Shown here: in pieces, positions 9,390 through 17,275 of the stretch
Layout: each line of letters begins with the position of its first letter
Numbering within the stretch: the first letter of the stretch is position 1
Assembly: GCA_030614005.1 (NCBI GenBank)
Contig: JAUWKS010000036.1
Coordinates: 226-32,225 of the forward strand
Origin: Candidatus Heimdallarchaeota archaeon
Lineage (GTDB): Archaea > Asgardarchaeota > Heimdallarchaeia > JABLTI01
Length of the DNA: 32,000 nucleotides
Direction: 5' to 3'
Position numbers and translations under genes: made by a program
Notes under the pieces: model-generated
Told to the model about the DNA's origin: nothing
What the model saw: the letters and a program-made list of their open reading frames with translations, nothing else
Databases searched by the model: none

Positions 9390-10568
9390 ATGGATATCTG
9401 GATTACGTTATTGATTTTAGCAGTTGTTTGGTTTATAGTCTATATTGTAGCAAAATATCTCAAAGTAGATGAGAAATACAATTGGACAATTGGTCCTTTG
9501 TTTCTTTTAATGAGAACAAAACGATTTAACAATTTTATTAAAAAAGTAGCAAAGAAATATGCTCGATTTTGGCGCCTAATAGGTAACATATCAATCTTTG
9601 TTGGTTTCGTATTAATGTTCGCATCACTGGGGTTGTTTCTATATACCCTGATTGATTTCTTTCTACCAAATCCAGCATTAGACACTGGTGGAGCTGCAGT
9701 TGGTCTAATTATCCCAGGTGTAACAATCTCTTTCAAAACGTTTCTTTACCTTATCATTCCCTTAATTTTAGTAATGATCCCCCATGAATTTGCACACGGT
9801 GTAGTAAGTCATGCGGATGGAGTAGAATTAAAATCAACTGGTCTTGCCTTCTTTGCAGTCTTCTTTGGTGCTTTTGTAGAACCAGACGAAGAATCACTAA
9901 TGAAAGCATCTGCTTTAACAAAAATGAGAACTTTTGCAGCTGGTATGTTCCCCAATTTTATTTTGGGTTTACTTGTTATTCCTGTTTTATTGTTTTCTTC
10001 TAACATTCTTGCACCGTTTTACCACAGTCCTGATGGAGTACTGATATTCGAAGTTGTTGATGATTCACCCGCAAGTACTGCAGGTTGGGAAAAAGGAACT
10101 GTTATGTTTGATATTAATGATACACATATGGTAGATGTTGAAGCTTTCTCTAACTATATAATGGACACTCACCCTAATGACCTAATTGTTGTTAATACTT
10201 CACAAGGCATTACTGAAGTTCATTTAGGAACAAATCCTCAGAACGAATCCATTGGTTTCTTGGGAGTTAAAACCCTGACATATCAAGAACCTAAATTTGT
10301 ATTTCCTGGAAAATTCTTCCCTTTCCACTTTGCTCAACAAACAATGTGGATGTTAGTTGTAAGCTTTGGTGTAGTGTTATTTAATGCTCTACCTATCCCA
10401 TTTTTGCTCGATGGTGATAAATTGCTTACATCATTTCTCTCTCATTACATGAAAAATCAAAAGGTAGCTTTAATCATAATTAGCATCTTAAGATTTCTAG
10501 CGGTTGTACTATTCTTAGCTAATCTCATTTTACCACTTGTACGTTATGGTTTTGTACCAATAGGGTAA
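9390..10568 (+). CDS. Site-2 protease (M50 intramembrane metalloprotease) with PDZ domain
   Basis: HEFAH within a TM segment, AAGMFPN, PDZ-like GVLIFEVVDDSPA..AG, and NALPIPFLLDG (LDG ligand). Confidence 0.9.
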   Translation: MDIWITLLILAVVWFIVYIVAKYLKVDEKYNWTIGPLFLLMRTKRFNNFIKKVAKKYARFWRLIGNISIFVGFVLMFASLGLFLYTLIDFFLPNPALDTGGAAVGLIIPGVTISFKTFLYLIIPLILVMIPHEFAHGVVSHADGVELKSTGLAFFAVFFGAFVEPDEESLMKASALTKMRTFAAGMFPNFILGLLVIPVLLFSSNILAPFYHSPDGVLIFEVVDDSPASTAGWEKGTVMFDINDTHMVDVEAFSNYIMDTHPNDLIVVNTSQGITEVHLGTNPQNESIGFLGVKTLTYQEPKFVFPGKFFPFHFAQQTMWMLVVSFGVVLFNALPIPFLLDGDKLLTSFLSHYMKNQKVALIIISILRFLAVVLFLANLILPLVRYGFVPIG

Positions 10569-10612
10569 ATTAAAAAATAGTTAGAAATTTTATCCATACG
10601 GAGAATGTATCC

Positions 10613-11626
10613 ATGTCTCAAAAATTACCAACGTGCTACTCATGCTCAAAAACAGCAATAACCTTCAGAAGAACGGATGGTAGATATTTTTGCAAAGATT
10701 GTTTTAGTAAATGGGTTCTCTCAACAGTTAGAAAATCAATTAAACAGAAAAAGATGTTTGATAGGAACGATAGGATTATTGTTGGATTATCAGGAGGAAA
10801 AGACAGTACTGTTCTATTAGATGTTCTTAATCGCATCGAGAAAAAATATCCCTCAGAATTAATTGCTGTTTGTATTGATGAAGGAATTGATGGATATCGA
10901 GATGATGGTTTACCAATAGCTGAAATGAATGCTAAGAAACTAGATATTGAATACCATTTATTTTCATTCAAAGAGCTTTTTGGCTATACATTAGATGAAA
11001 TTGTTCAACGGTCTAGAGAATTGCAAAAGCTGTTGCCATCTACTAAGAAAACAAAAAAAATCCAACATGGGCCATGTTCATATTGTGGAGTATTTCGAAG
11101 AAAAGCAATTAATCTCGCTGCTAGAAAACTAGATGGTGATAAAGTTGCTACAGGGCACAATCTCAGTGATGTATCTCAAACGATTATATTAAATCTTCTC
11201 CGTGGTGATTCATCCAAGCTTATTCGTGGAGATTTAAAACCCGAAAAAACTCATGAATTACTCATTCCAAGGGTCAAACCTTTACAAGCAGTAGCTGAAA
11301 GAGATGTTGTATTATATGCTTTTTATAAAGATATTACTTACCACACAACAGAATGTCCATACTCTGTCGAAGCAATGCGTTTAGATGTCCGTAATTTCTT
11401 GATTGAAATAGAGGACAAATATCCTGGATCGTTAAATTGTGTTCGAAATGGAATGGAAAAAATAAGTCAACAATGTGCTGACAAAGTCATCCCAGAAAGT
11501 ATACCCTCCAAGAAAATGCAGATACAATTATGTGAAAAATGTGGAGAAACTTCAAGCAGCCCAATTTGCATAGGCTGCCAAATGATTGACGTTCTTTTTA
11601 ATACTGATTTTGAAATAAAGAAGTGA
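10613..11626 (+). CDS. ttuA: tRNA 2-thiolation protein, TtuA/Ncs6(CTU1) family
   Basis: PP-loop SGGKDS, N-terminal CxxC...CxxC, CSYCGVFRR, ATGHN, ECPY and C-terminal CEKC...CIGC. Confidence 0.87.
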   Translation: MSQKLPTCYSCSKTAITFRRTDGRYFCKDCFSKWVLSTVRKSIKQKKMFDRNDRIIVGLSGGKDSTVLLDVLNRIEKKYPSELIAVCIDEGIDGYRDDGLPIAEMNAKKLDIEYHLFSFKELFGYTLDEIVQRSRELQKLLPSTKKTKKIQHGPCSYCGVFRRKAINLAARKLDGDKVATGHNLSDVSQTIILNLLRGDSSKLIRGDLKPEKTHELLIPRVKPLQAVAERDVVLYAFYKDITYHTTECPYSVEAMRLDVRNFLIEIEDKYPGSLNCVRNGMEKISQQCADKVIPESIPSKKMQIQLCEKCGETSSSPICIGCQMIDVLFNTDFEIKK

Positions 11627-11631
11627 AGAGA

Positions 11632-11760
11632 TTATTTCTTCACCATATCTCTCAAAACAGTATGTAGAATCCCACCATTCCTATAATAGTCAACTTCAAA
11701 ATCAAGACGAACTAAGACTTCAAATTGAGTCTCAAGTTCGTTTGTACCTGTGTATTCCAA
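11632..11760 (-). pseudogene. acnA: Remnant of the 3' end of an aconitate hydratase A gene (42 codons)
   Basis: Manual translation LEYTGTNELETQFEVLVRLDFEVDYYRNGGILHTVLRDMVKK* matches the AcnA terminal signature F.V.VR.D...E..YY..GGIL..VLR. It is about 2 residues short between D and E, and an in-frame TAG lies just upstream. Confidence 0.8.
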
Positions 11761-11771
11761 CTAGCAGATAC

Positions 11772-12822
11772 CTAAGCTTCCGAATAAATAATATCAGATG
11801 AAATTTCTTGTATTGTTTTACAAGCAGTCATTTTCATTGCCTTTTTGAGTGTTTTTTGGAAATGGTCCATAATTCTGTAGACGCCATCTATACCACCACC
11901 AACTGCAGCTCTGATAACATCTCTTCCAATCAAAACACCATCTGCACCCAGTGCGAGCATCTTTAAAACATCATAACCAGTACGAATGCCACCATCAACT
12001 AGTATTGTTGTTTTACCTTTCAATTCTGTTACAACTTTAGGTAGAACTTCTGCTGTACCGGGTGAGTGATCTAAAACCCGGCCACCATGATTTGAAACAA
12101 CAATAACATCAGCACCTGCTTCAACTGCTTTTTTAGCATCCTCTGCATACATCAATCCTTTCACAATAAATGGTAATTTTGTTGCTTTTTTCAACTCTTT
12201 CAAATCATCAATTGTTTTATTGAAAACATGTTTTCCATGTTTTGCCATAATTAATGACCCACAACCATCTACATCAATACCTACAGCTATTGCTTTTGCT
12301 TTTTCTGCCTTCTTATAAAAATCATTTATTACTCTTTGCTCCCGTGGTTTCACTATTTTTATCCCCCAACCATCAGCTTCAGCAATTGCATCAATACCAA
12401 ATGAATTTTCTAGTGAATATGTATAGGTATCACCTCTAAAACCAATTGTTCCTGCTTTTTTACATCCTAGAACTATTGCTCTGCAGAGCTCTTTTTCTGT
12501 GATAGCATTATCCCCACCAAAACTATTTACACCTGTAACGCTAGCAGCCATTATTGGCATAGATATTTTTTTCCCCAGAAAAGTAGTTTCAGTGGTTGGT
12601 TCAAACTGTTTACCAACAACCCTCATTAGTAATTTCAATTTAACTAATGCCTTTACATTATTGGTAAAGCTAGCACCTGATCCTGCTCCGCCCATACTAA
12701 GATATCTACCATAACTTTGTCCCTGACATAGTCAGGGATGGATTTCCATCGCATTCCCGATAAACGCCACAATAACCTTTCATTTTTTCTTTAGCATTTC
12801 TTCTATCTTCTTCTACTGACAC
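11772..12822 (-). pseudogene. FMN-dependent alpha-hydroxy-acid oxidase/dehydrogenase (lactate/glycolate oxidase family), frameshifted near codon 30
   Basis: Downstream ORF 11772-12695 has IVKG, VSNHGGRVLD, DGGIRTG and LALGADGVLIGR. GTG 12822 (behind GGTGG) gives VSVEEDRRNAKEKMKGYCGVYRECDGNPS, and the next frame gives LCQGQSYGRYLSMGGAGSG. Total length 1051 nt = 350 codons + 1. Confidence 0.85.
12720..12738. repeat. Perfect 8-bp inverted repeat with 3-nt loop at the frameshift site
   Basis: TCCCTGAC-ATA-GTCAGGGA read directly from the sequence. Confidence 0.92.
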
Positions 12823-13004
12823 GGTTATCCACCAATATCGAGCTTTTACTAGTAATAATCGCTTCAAAATTACTGAAAGCAACTCTCTAATTGCTATTTT
12901 CGTTATAATTAATTAAGCACTTGGTTTAAAATTTATATCGTGGAATGAGAATGTTAGCAAAAATTAGTTCCTCCTTTCTAATTAAATTCACAGCAAACAG
13001 AATT

Positions 13005-13014
13005 CTTTTTAAAG
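13005..13014 (+). promoter_or_regulatory. Putative TATA box of the SRP RNA gene
   Basis: TTTTAAAG centred about 25 nt upstream of the predicted RNA 5' end at 13036, preceded by a purine-rich CAGAA (BRE-like). Confidence 0.5.
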
Positions 13015-13035
13015 CAAATAGGTAAAAAAATACTT

Positions 13036-13341
13036 GGCAAGACTAGGTGGGGGTCCAGGGCTCCCCTATAACGGTAAATGCTCTATAACCGGCCGAATGC
13101 CCAAATTAGGTGTTGATATTAATTCAAGCGCCCGTCGGAAACCGTCGAAGCGACGTCCTAGAAGGTGTTTAATCGTGGAAGCCTTCTCCGGAGGGAAAGG
13201 TTAGAAAGCGTAGAGGTCAATTCGGTTAGGCGCGGAAGCGAGCGTCCGTCAACCTCGTTAGGCACGCCTCTAGGGGTGCGGCGCGGAGGTAACCGGCGGT
13301 AGCGGGGTTTTAGTTGATGCCTCGAGTTTGGGGTCTCGCCA
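13036..13341 (+). ncRNA. ffs: Archaeal signal recognition particle (7S/SRP) RNA
   Basis: GC-rich island of about 305 nt. The 5' end GGCAAGAC pairs with the 3' end GTCTCGCC. Alu helix 3 is GGGG...CCCC, followed by TATAAC; helix 4 is CGGT...ACCG, with loop-loop complementarity AGGGC/GCTCT. Helix 6 is CCTTCTCC-GGAG-GGAAAGG (loop 13190-13193). Helix 8 is TAGG-CGC-GGAA-GCG-AGCG (loop 13234-13237). Confidence 0.92.
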
Positions 13342-13342
13342 C

Positions 13343-13357
13343 TTTTTTTCAAAAAAA
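13343..13357. terminator. Bidirectional oligo(T) terminator between the SRP RNA and the convergent CDS
   Basis: T7-C-A7 lies immediately after the SRP 3' end and presents a U-tract on each strand. Confidence 0.6.
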
Positions 13358-13390
13358 GGATTAAAGCGAAAAGAACTTAACCTTTTCAGC

Positions 13391-14035
13391 TTATTTTGGT
13401 CCTATAACTTCTACTGGGTCTTGATTGAAGGTCACAGCAAATAAAACGAGTAATTTTTCACCACTTACTGCTTCAGCGCCCACTAAATTTACCCCTGTTT
13501 TAGTTGCAAGGATAAAATTAAACATTTCTTTTGGACTTGAATATTTCTGATCTATTAAATCATATTTCTTTTCTATTGTGCCAAAATTTGTCCATTCCCA
13601 CATATTTTTGATAGTTACTTCACTTGTAATTTTCAACACTTTTCTATTTTGTGGGATTTGGGTTAGTGCTTCATATTCTTCGGTTATTTCTTTAGGAATT
13701 TTTTTAACAATAAAAGCTCGAATCAGTTCTTTTTTTGTTGATATTGCTGTTTCAATTTGGAGAGAAAGAAATGGGTCACTTTCCTTCATGAAAATTACTT
13801 GAAAAACTAAATCTTGAGCTTTGGAGATATTTCCTGCGAGCATATATCTTGCTATGCTTTTAGCAATAATTTTAGGTGCAGCTTTCTTTTCAGCATCGCC
13901 ACCTTCTCTGAGACTTTTCGTTCCAATTTCTTCAAAGATTTTTGCTGCTTTCAGATGTTTCCCTTCGGAGACAAAATTTTGAGCCTTGTCTAGTTCTGCT
14001 TGGTATTTCATTTCGTCTAGCACCTTAATTGACAT
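13391..14035 (-). CDS. Hypothetical protein, helical TPR/SNAP-like N-terminal half and beta-rich C-terminal half
   Basis: 214-aa ORF with ATG start. KAAKIFEEIG-type amphipathic helices; no family recognised. Confidence 0.68.
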   Translation of the reverse strand: MSIKVLDEMKYQAELDKAQNFVSEGKHLKAAKIFEEIGTKSLREGGDAEKKAAPKIIAKSIARYMLAGNISKAQDLVFQVIFMKESDPFLSLQIETAISTKKELIRAFIVKKIPKEITEEYEALTQIPQNRKVLKITSEVTIKNMWEWTNFGTIEKKYDLIDQKYSSPKEMFNFILATKTGVNLVGAEAVSGEKLLVLFAVTFNQDPVEVIGPK

Positions 14036-14197
14036 TAAATGGATTAATCTTTCAATTAATTGTGTATTCTTGTATTAGAATATGAATTTGTTGTTATTAA
14101 CAAATAGAAATTTGGCATCTAATATAAGGTTAAAACAAATTAAAAATAAATAAAAATGAAAAGAATGGTGTGTTATCCCACACAAAGAATAAGGAGA

Positions 14198-14416
14198 TTA
14201 TCTCCTTCCTCTTCTTCGAGATCTTCCACCAGTAAGTATTTTTTGCTCGTATCTTTCTGTCCACTTGAGCTTTCGTGGGTTGCGTTTGAACTCTATCATA
14301 GATACTCTGCATTTGCGAGAACAGAACCAGAGTGCAGAACCATCGTTTTTTACATACATTGTTCCTGTGCCAGATTCAATAGTTGAAGCGCAAAAAGCAC
14401 ATGTTTGTTCTTTCAT
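14198..14416 (-). CDS. rpl24e: 50S ribosomal protein L24e
   Basis: CAFC..IESGTGTMYVKNDGSALWFCSRKC...RNPRKLKWT. Confidence 0.97.
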   Translation of the reverse strand: MKEQTCAFCASTIESGTGTMYVKNDGSALWFCSRKCRVSMIEFKRNPRKLKWTERYEQKILTGGRSRRRGRR

Positions 14417-14432
14417 AGTAAATCTACTCCGA

Positions 14433-14684
14433 TTATCTTCGTCCTCTCATTCTGCGAGCTTCACGTTCAGTTTCGCGAAGGATTAGAATATCACCAACTC
14501 TTATTGGACCTTTAACGTTACGTGTCATAATTCTCATTCGATCTGGTCCTTCTAATACACGAACCTTACATTGGAGAACTTCGCCTGTAACACCAGTACG
14601 AGCTACAACTTGAACAATTTCGGCAGGATAACCTCTATCTTGTCCAGCGCCTTCGTCTCTTGGAGCTTGTCTTCTTCTACTCAT
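14433..14684 (-). CDS. rps28e: 30S ribosomal protein S28e
   Basis: [24 protein letters not shown]...[27 protein letters not shown] at 14684; the track extends to GTG 14693. Confidence 0.97.
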   Translation of the reverse strand: MSRRRQAPRDEGAGQDRGYPAEIVQVVARTGVTGEVLQCKVRVLEGPDRMRIMTRNVKGPIRVGDILILRETEREARRMRGRR

Positions 14685-14714
14685 AATTTTCACTTGCCTT
14701 TTGAGTTAGCTATT

Positions 14715-15086
14715 TTATTTCTTTAAAGCAGTAAGTTTTTTTGCCAATGCTGCTAAAGCTTCTTTTGCACTACCAGGATTCAAGATACCTGCACTTGAGG
14801 ATTGTACTTCTAATCCTAGGGCTTTACCAATGTCTTTTTTAGAGCCACATACGACATATGGAATATTCTTTTCTTCACAGAGAAGAGGTAAGTGGGCAAC
14901 AATTTCGGGTGGCTGAACATCATCAGCGATCAAAACGAGTTTAGCTTGATTTCTTTCAATTGCTTTAGTCGTTTCATTGGTACCTTTTCTGGTTTTACCG
15001 GTGTCTCTTGCTTTTTCGAGAATCTTTAGAGCTTCTTGCTTCAATTCTGTTGGAATATCTACGTTAACATAGAATGGTTTGCTCAT
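14715..15086 (-). CDS. rpl7ae: 50S ribosomal protein L7Ae (k-turn binding protein)
   Basis: RKGTNETTKAIER..AKLVLIADDVQPPEIVAHLPLLCEEKNIPY; upstream SD GGAGG. Confidence 0.97.
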   Translation of the reverse strand: MSKPFYVNVDIPTELKQEALKILEKARDTGKTRKGTNETTKAIERNQAKLVLIADDVQPPEIVAHLPLLCEEKNIPYVVCGSKKDIGKALGLEVQSSSAGILNPGSAKEALAALAKKLTALKK

Positions 15087-15095
15087 TATTGTTAT

Positions 15096-15158
15096 CCTCC
15101 TCGCGCTTCCTCATCGCTAATCAACATAGATAAATCAATTAGCTGGTCATTGCCGAGG
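15096..15158 (-). promoter_or_regulatory. Putative structured, k-turn-like 5' leader of rpl7ae
   Basis: Minus strand CCTCG-GC-AATGA-CC-A-GCTAAT...ATTAGC-GATGA-GG-AA-GC-G-CGAGG-AGG. It has two stems (CCTCG/CGAGG and GCTAAT/ATTAGC), two 3-nt-bulge+GA elements, and the SD overlapping the outer stem. Confidence 0.5.
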
Positions 15159-15227
15159 TAATTCTTAAGTAGAAACAAGAAGAATCCTATTTTAAATCTT
15201 TCCTTCAAAATTAATTAATTGTCTAGT

Positions 15228-16061
15228 TTACTTTTTTTGCTCTTTTATTTTGTTTCTTACTGCTATTAACTCATCCATAAATTCATTGAGTGAAAGATCA
15301 ATATTCTTAGCTAGACTTGTAAGAGTTGTAACAATAAGATAAAGCAAATCCTGATCTTTTTTCTTGTTCTTGGCTTCTTCTTGTTCGGATATTTTGAGCA
15401 AAATTTCACCAATTCTGATGGCAATAGTCTTATTCTTGAAAGGAGTTTTGCTTAAAGCTTGAATTACGATTACCTGAAATTCTTTTCGTTTTGTTAATTC
15501 TAACTGATCAAGTATAAGTTGTAATCCAGCGAGATTTCCAGTATAAGTTAATTCTTGGATTGCTTTTCCGCGTATTTTACCAGCAGTTTCAGGATTTTTA
15601 ATGAGAGCGATTAACCATTGAACACTTGTATTATCACCTAGTTTACCTAACAATTCAAGTGATTTAATTCGCACATCAAATACTTCTCCTTTGTCTTCAA
15701 CGGTACTTGTTAAAATGGAAGGAAGATCCGCACCTTTAATGTTCAATAATGCTTCACTTACATGATGAGTCATTGTGAGATCCTTATCTATAATGCTCTG
15801 TCTAAAGGATGCTATTAATGCCCAGGTAGCTCGGGGGTTGCCTAATTTTCCGAGCAAATCAGCAGAAAATCGTCTTACTTCACTATTAGAATCATATTGT
15901 AAAGAATGGATAAGTGGATCTATTGCTTTCTCTTGCCCCAAACGATAAAGCTTACTGGCTGCACCGAAGCGCTTATTCCAGTCTGAATCGGTTTTCAAAA
16001 TAGTAATCAGAGGTTCTAAATTTTCTTTAATTGGGGAATCATCTTCGGGTTGATTGCTCAT
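15228..16061 (-). CDS. HEAT (PBS lyase-like) repeat protein
   Basis: Repeats RFGAASKLYRLG..AIDPLI..L, VRRFSADLLGKLG and VRIKSLELLGKLG. Confidence 0.85.
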   Translation of the reverse strand: MSNQPEDDSPIKENLEPLITILKTDSDWNKRFGAASKLYRLGQEKAIDPLIHSLQYDSNSEVRRFSADLLGKLGNPRATWALIASFRQSIIDKDLTMTHHVSEALLNIKGADLPSILTSTVEDKGEVFDVRIKSLELLGKLGDNTSVQWLIALIKNPETAGKIRGKAIQELTYTGNLAGLQLILDQLELTKRKEFQVIVIQALSKTPFKNKTIAIRIGEILLKISEQEEAKNKKKDQDLLYLIVTTLTSLAKNIDLSLNEFMDELIAVRNKIKEQKK

Positions 16062-16092
16062 TTGTATAAACTCCTGAGTGAGTTAATTTTTT

Positions 16093-17190
16093 TTATTCAA
16101 AACCTCTAGCAGATAACCATTGAGCAGTTTTCCCTACAATTGCTAGGGGCACAGATCTTAATGCTTCGAGGTTTATTGCTCCTACAAGGAACATAGCAGT
16201 CTTTAGTTCTTGAATAAAAAGAGTGATGCTTTCTATTAATTGTATTTCGGTTCCGTCCTTTAGTATTTGAGCAATAGGCAATGCCATGCCAACGAGATTT
16301 GCTTTTAGAGATAATGCTTTGGCAGCTTCTAACCCATTTCTAATTCCACCAGAAGCAATTATTTCCACATTTTCTGAAAGCTTAGAAATTTCTAAAGTAC
16401 TAACAGCGGTTGATAAACCCCAGTTTCCAAATAATTCGCCTATTTTTTGATTAGTAAGCTTCATTTGTTGTTGAGCACGAACGGCTTCTATTTTTGCCCA
16501 ACTCGTTCCTCCTGCACCTGCCACATCAATTGCTTGGACACCTGCTTCAATAAGTGCATTACCATCTTCAATTGCAATGCCAGAACCAACCTCTTTGGCA
16601 ATTATAGGGCAATCAAGCTCTTTACTCAAAGTAGCTATTTTAGGTAATAATTTATCGAAATTTCTATCCCCTTCGGGTTGGACTACTTCTTGTAAAGGAT
16701 TAAGATGTAAAATAAGTGCATCAGCTTTTATCATTTCAACAACTTTTTTGATTTGCTTGAATGTAACATTATAGTTTAGCTGCACTGCACCAATATTCGC
16801 AGCAATAAATGCTGTAGGGGCAACTTCTCGCACAACAGAAAAAGTATCTACTAAAGAAGGGTCCAATAAGGCTGCACGTTGACTTCCTACACCCATGCCG
16901 ATTTGAAGTTTCTCAGCCACTCGAGCGATTTTTTCATTCATACTCTTTGCTTCGTGTACCCCACCTGTCATTGATGAAAGAAAGATTGGAGATGAGAAAT
17001 TATGCCCAAGAAATTTACTTTCAATACTAATCTTGTCAAAGTTTATCTCTGGAACAGCACGAGGGACAAAAAGGATATCCTCAAAACCATTGCTAACAGA
17101 CATTTCAATATCATATTTATCGCTACAGCAAATTTCAAGATGGTCATCTTTTCGTTGTTCGATAAGCTGTTTTTCATTTTTCTTAACCAT
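16093..17190 (-). CDS. fni: Type 2 isopentenyl-diphosphate delta-isomerase (FMN-dependent)
   Basis: RKDDHL, MTGG, GVGSQRA, NIGAVQL, HLNPLQE, KEVGSG, DVAGAGGTSW and SGGIRNG. ATG at 17190. Confidence 0.95.
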   Translation of the reverse strand: MVKKNEKQLIEQRKDDHLEICCSDKYDIEMSVSNGFEDILFVPRAVPEINFDKISIESKFLGHNFSSPIFLSSMTGGVHEAKSMNEKIARVAEKLQIGMGVGSQRAALLDPSLVDTFSVVREVAPTAFIAANIGAVQLNYNVTFKQIKKVVEMIKADALILHLNPLQEVVQPEGDRNFDKLLPKIATLSKELDCPIIAKEVGSGIAIEDGNALIEAGVQAIDVAGAGGTSWAKIEAVRAQQQMKLTNQKIGELFGNWGLSTAVSTLEISKLSENVEIIASGGIRNGLEAAKALSLKANLVGMALPIAQILKDGTEIQLIESITLFIQELKTAMFLVGAINLEALRSVPLAIVGKTAQWLSARGFE

Positions 17191-17275
17191 TGAGCACACC
17201 TAAAACAAATGAAACATAATCTGACAGTACGCTAATACTTATTAAATTATTATTATCAAACAGAAATTGGTTGGG

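Noticed and set aside
12733-12735. In-frame TGA upstream of the oxidase ORF read as selenocysteine
   Set aside because: The TGA is in the downstream frame only and cannot be reached from the GTG start without a frameshift. A single inserted base in a CGA codon explains it, and no SECIS-like element was recognised.
12730-12740. Programmed +1 frameshift at CCC-UGA
   Set aside because: The classical shifty-stop needs CCC-UGA in the initial frame. Here the initial frame reads UCC-CUG-ACU and the UGA is in the destination frame. Not strictly excluded without proteomics.
13036-13341. RNase P RNA or tRNA/rRNA as the identity of the GC-rich island
   Set aside because: No GAGGAAAGUCC-type P4 motif, cloverleaf or rRNA signature. 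The helix 6, helix 8 and Alu features fit SRP RNA.
13158-13352. 64-aa minus-strand ORF rich in Arg/Pro/Leu
   Set aside because: It lies antisense to the SRP RNA and is a by-product of its high GC content.
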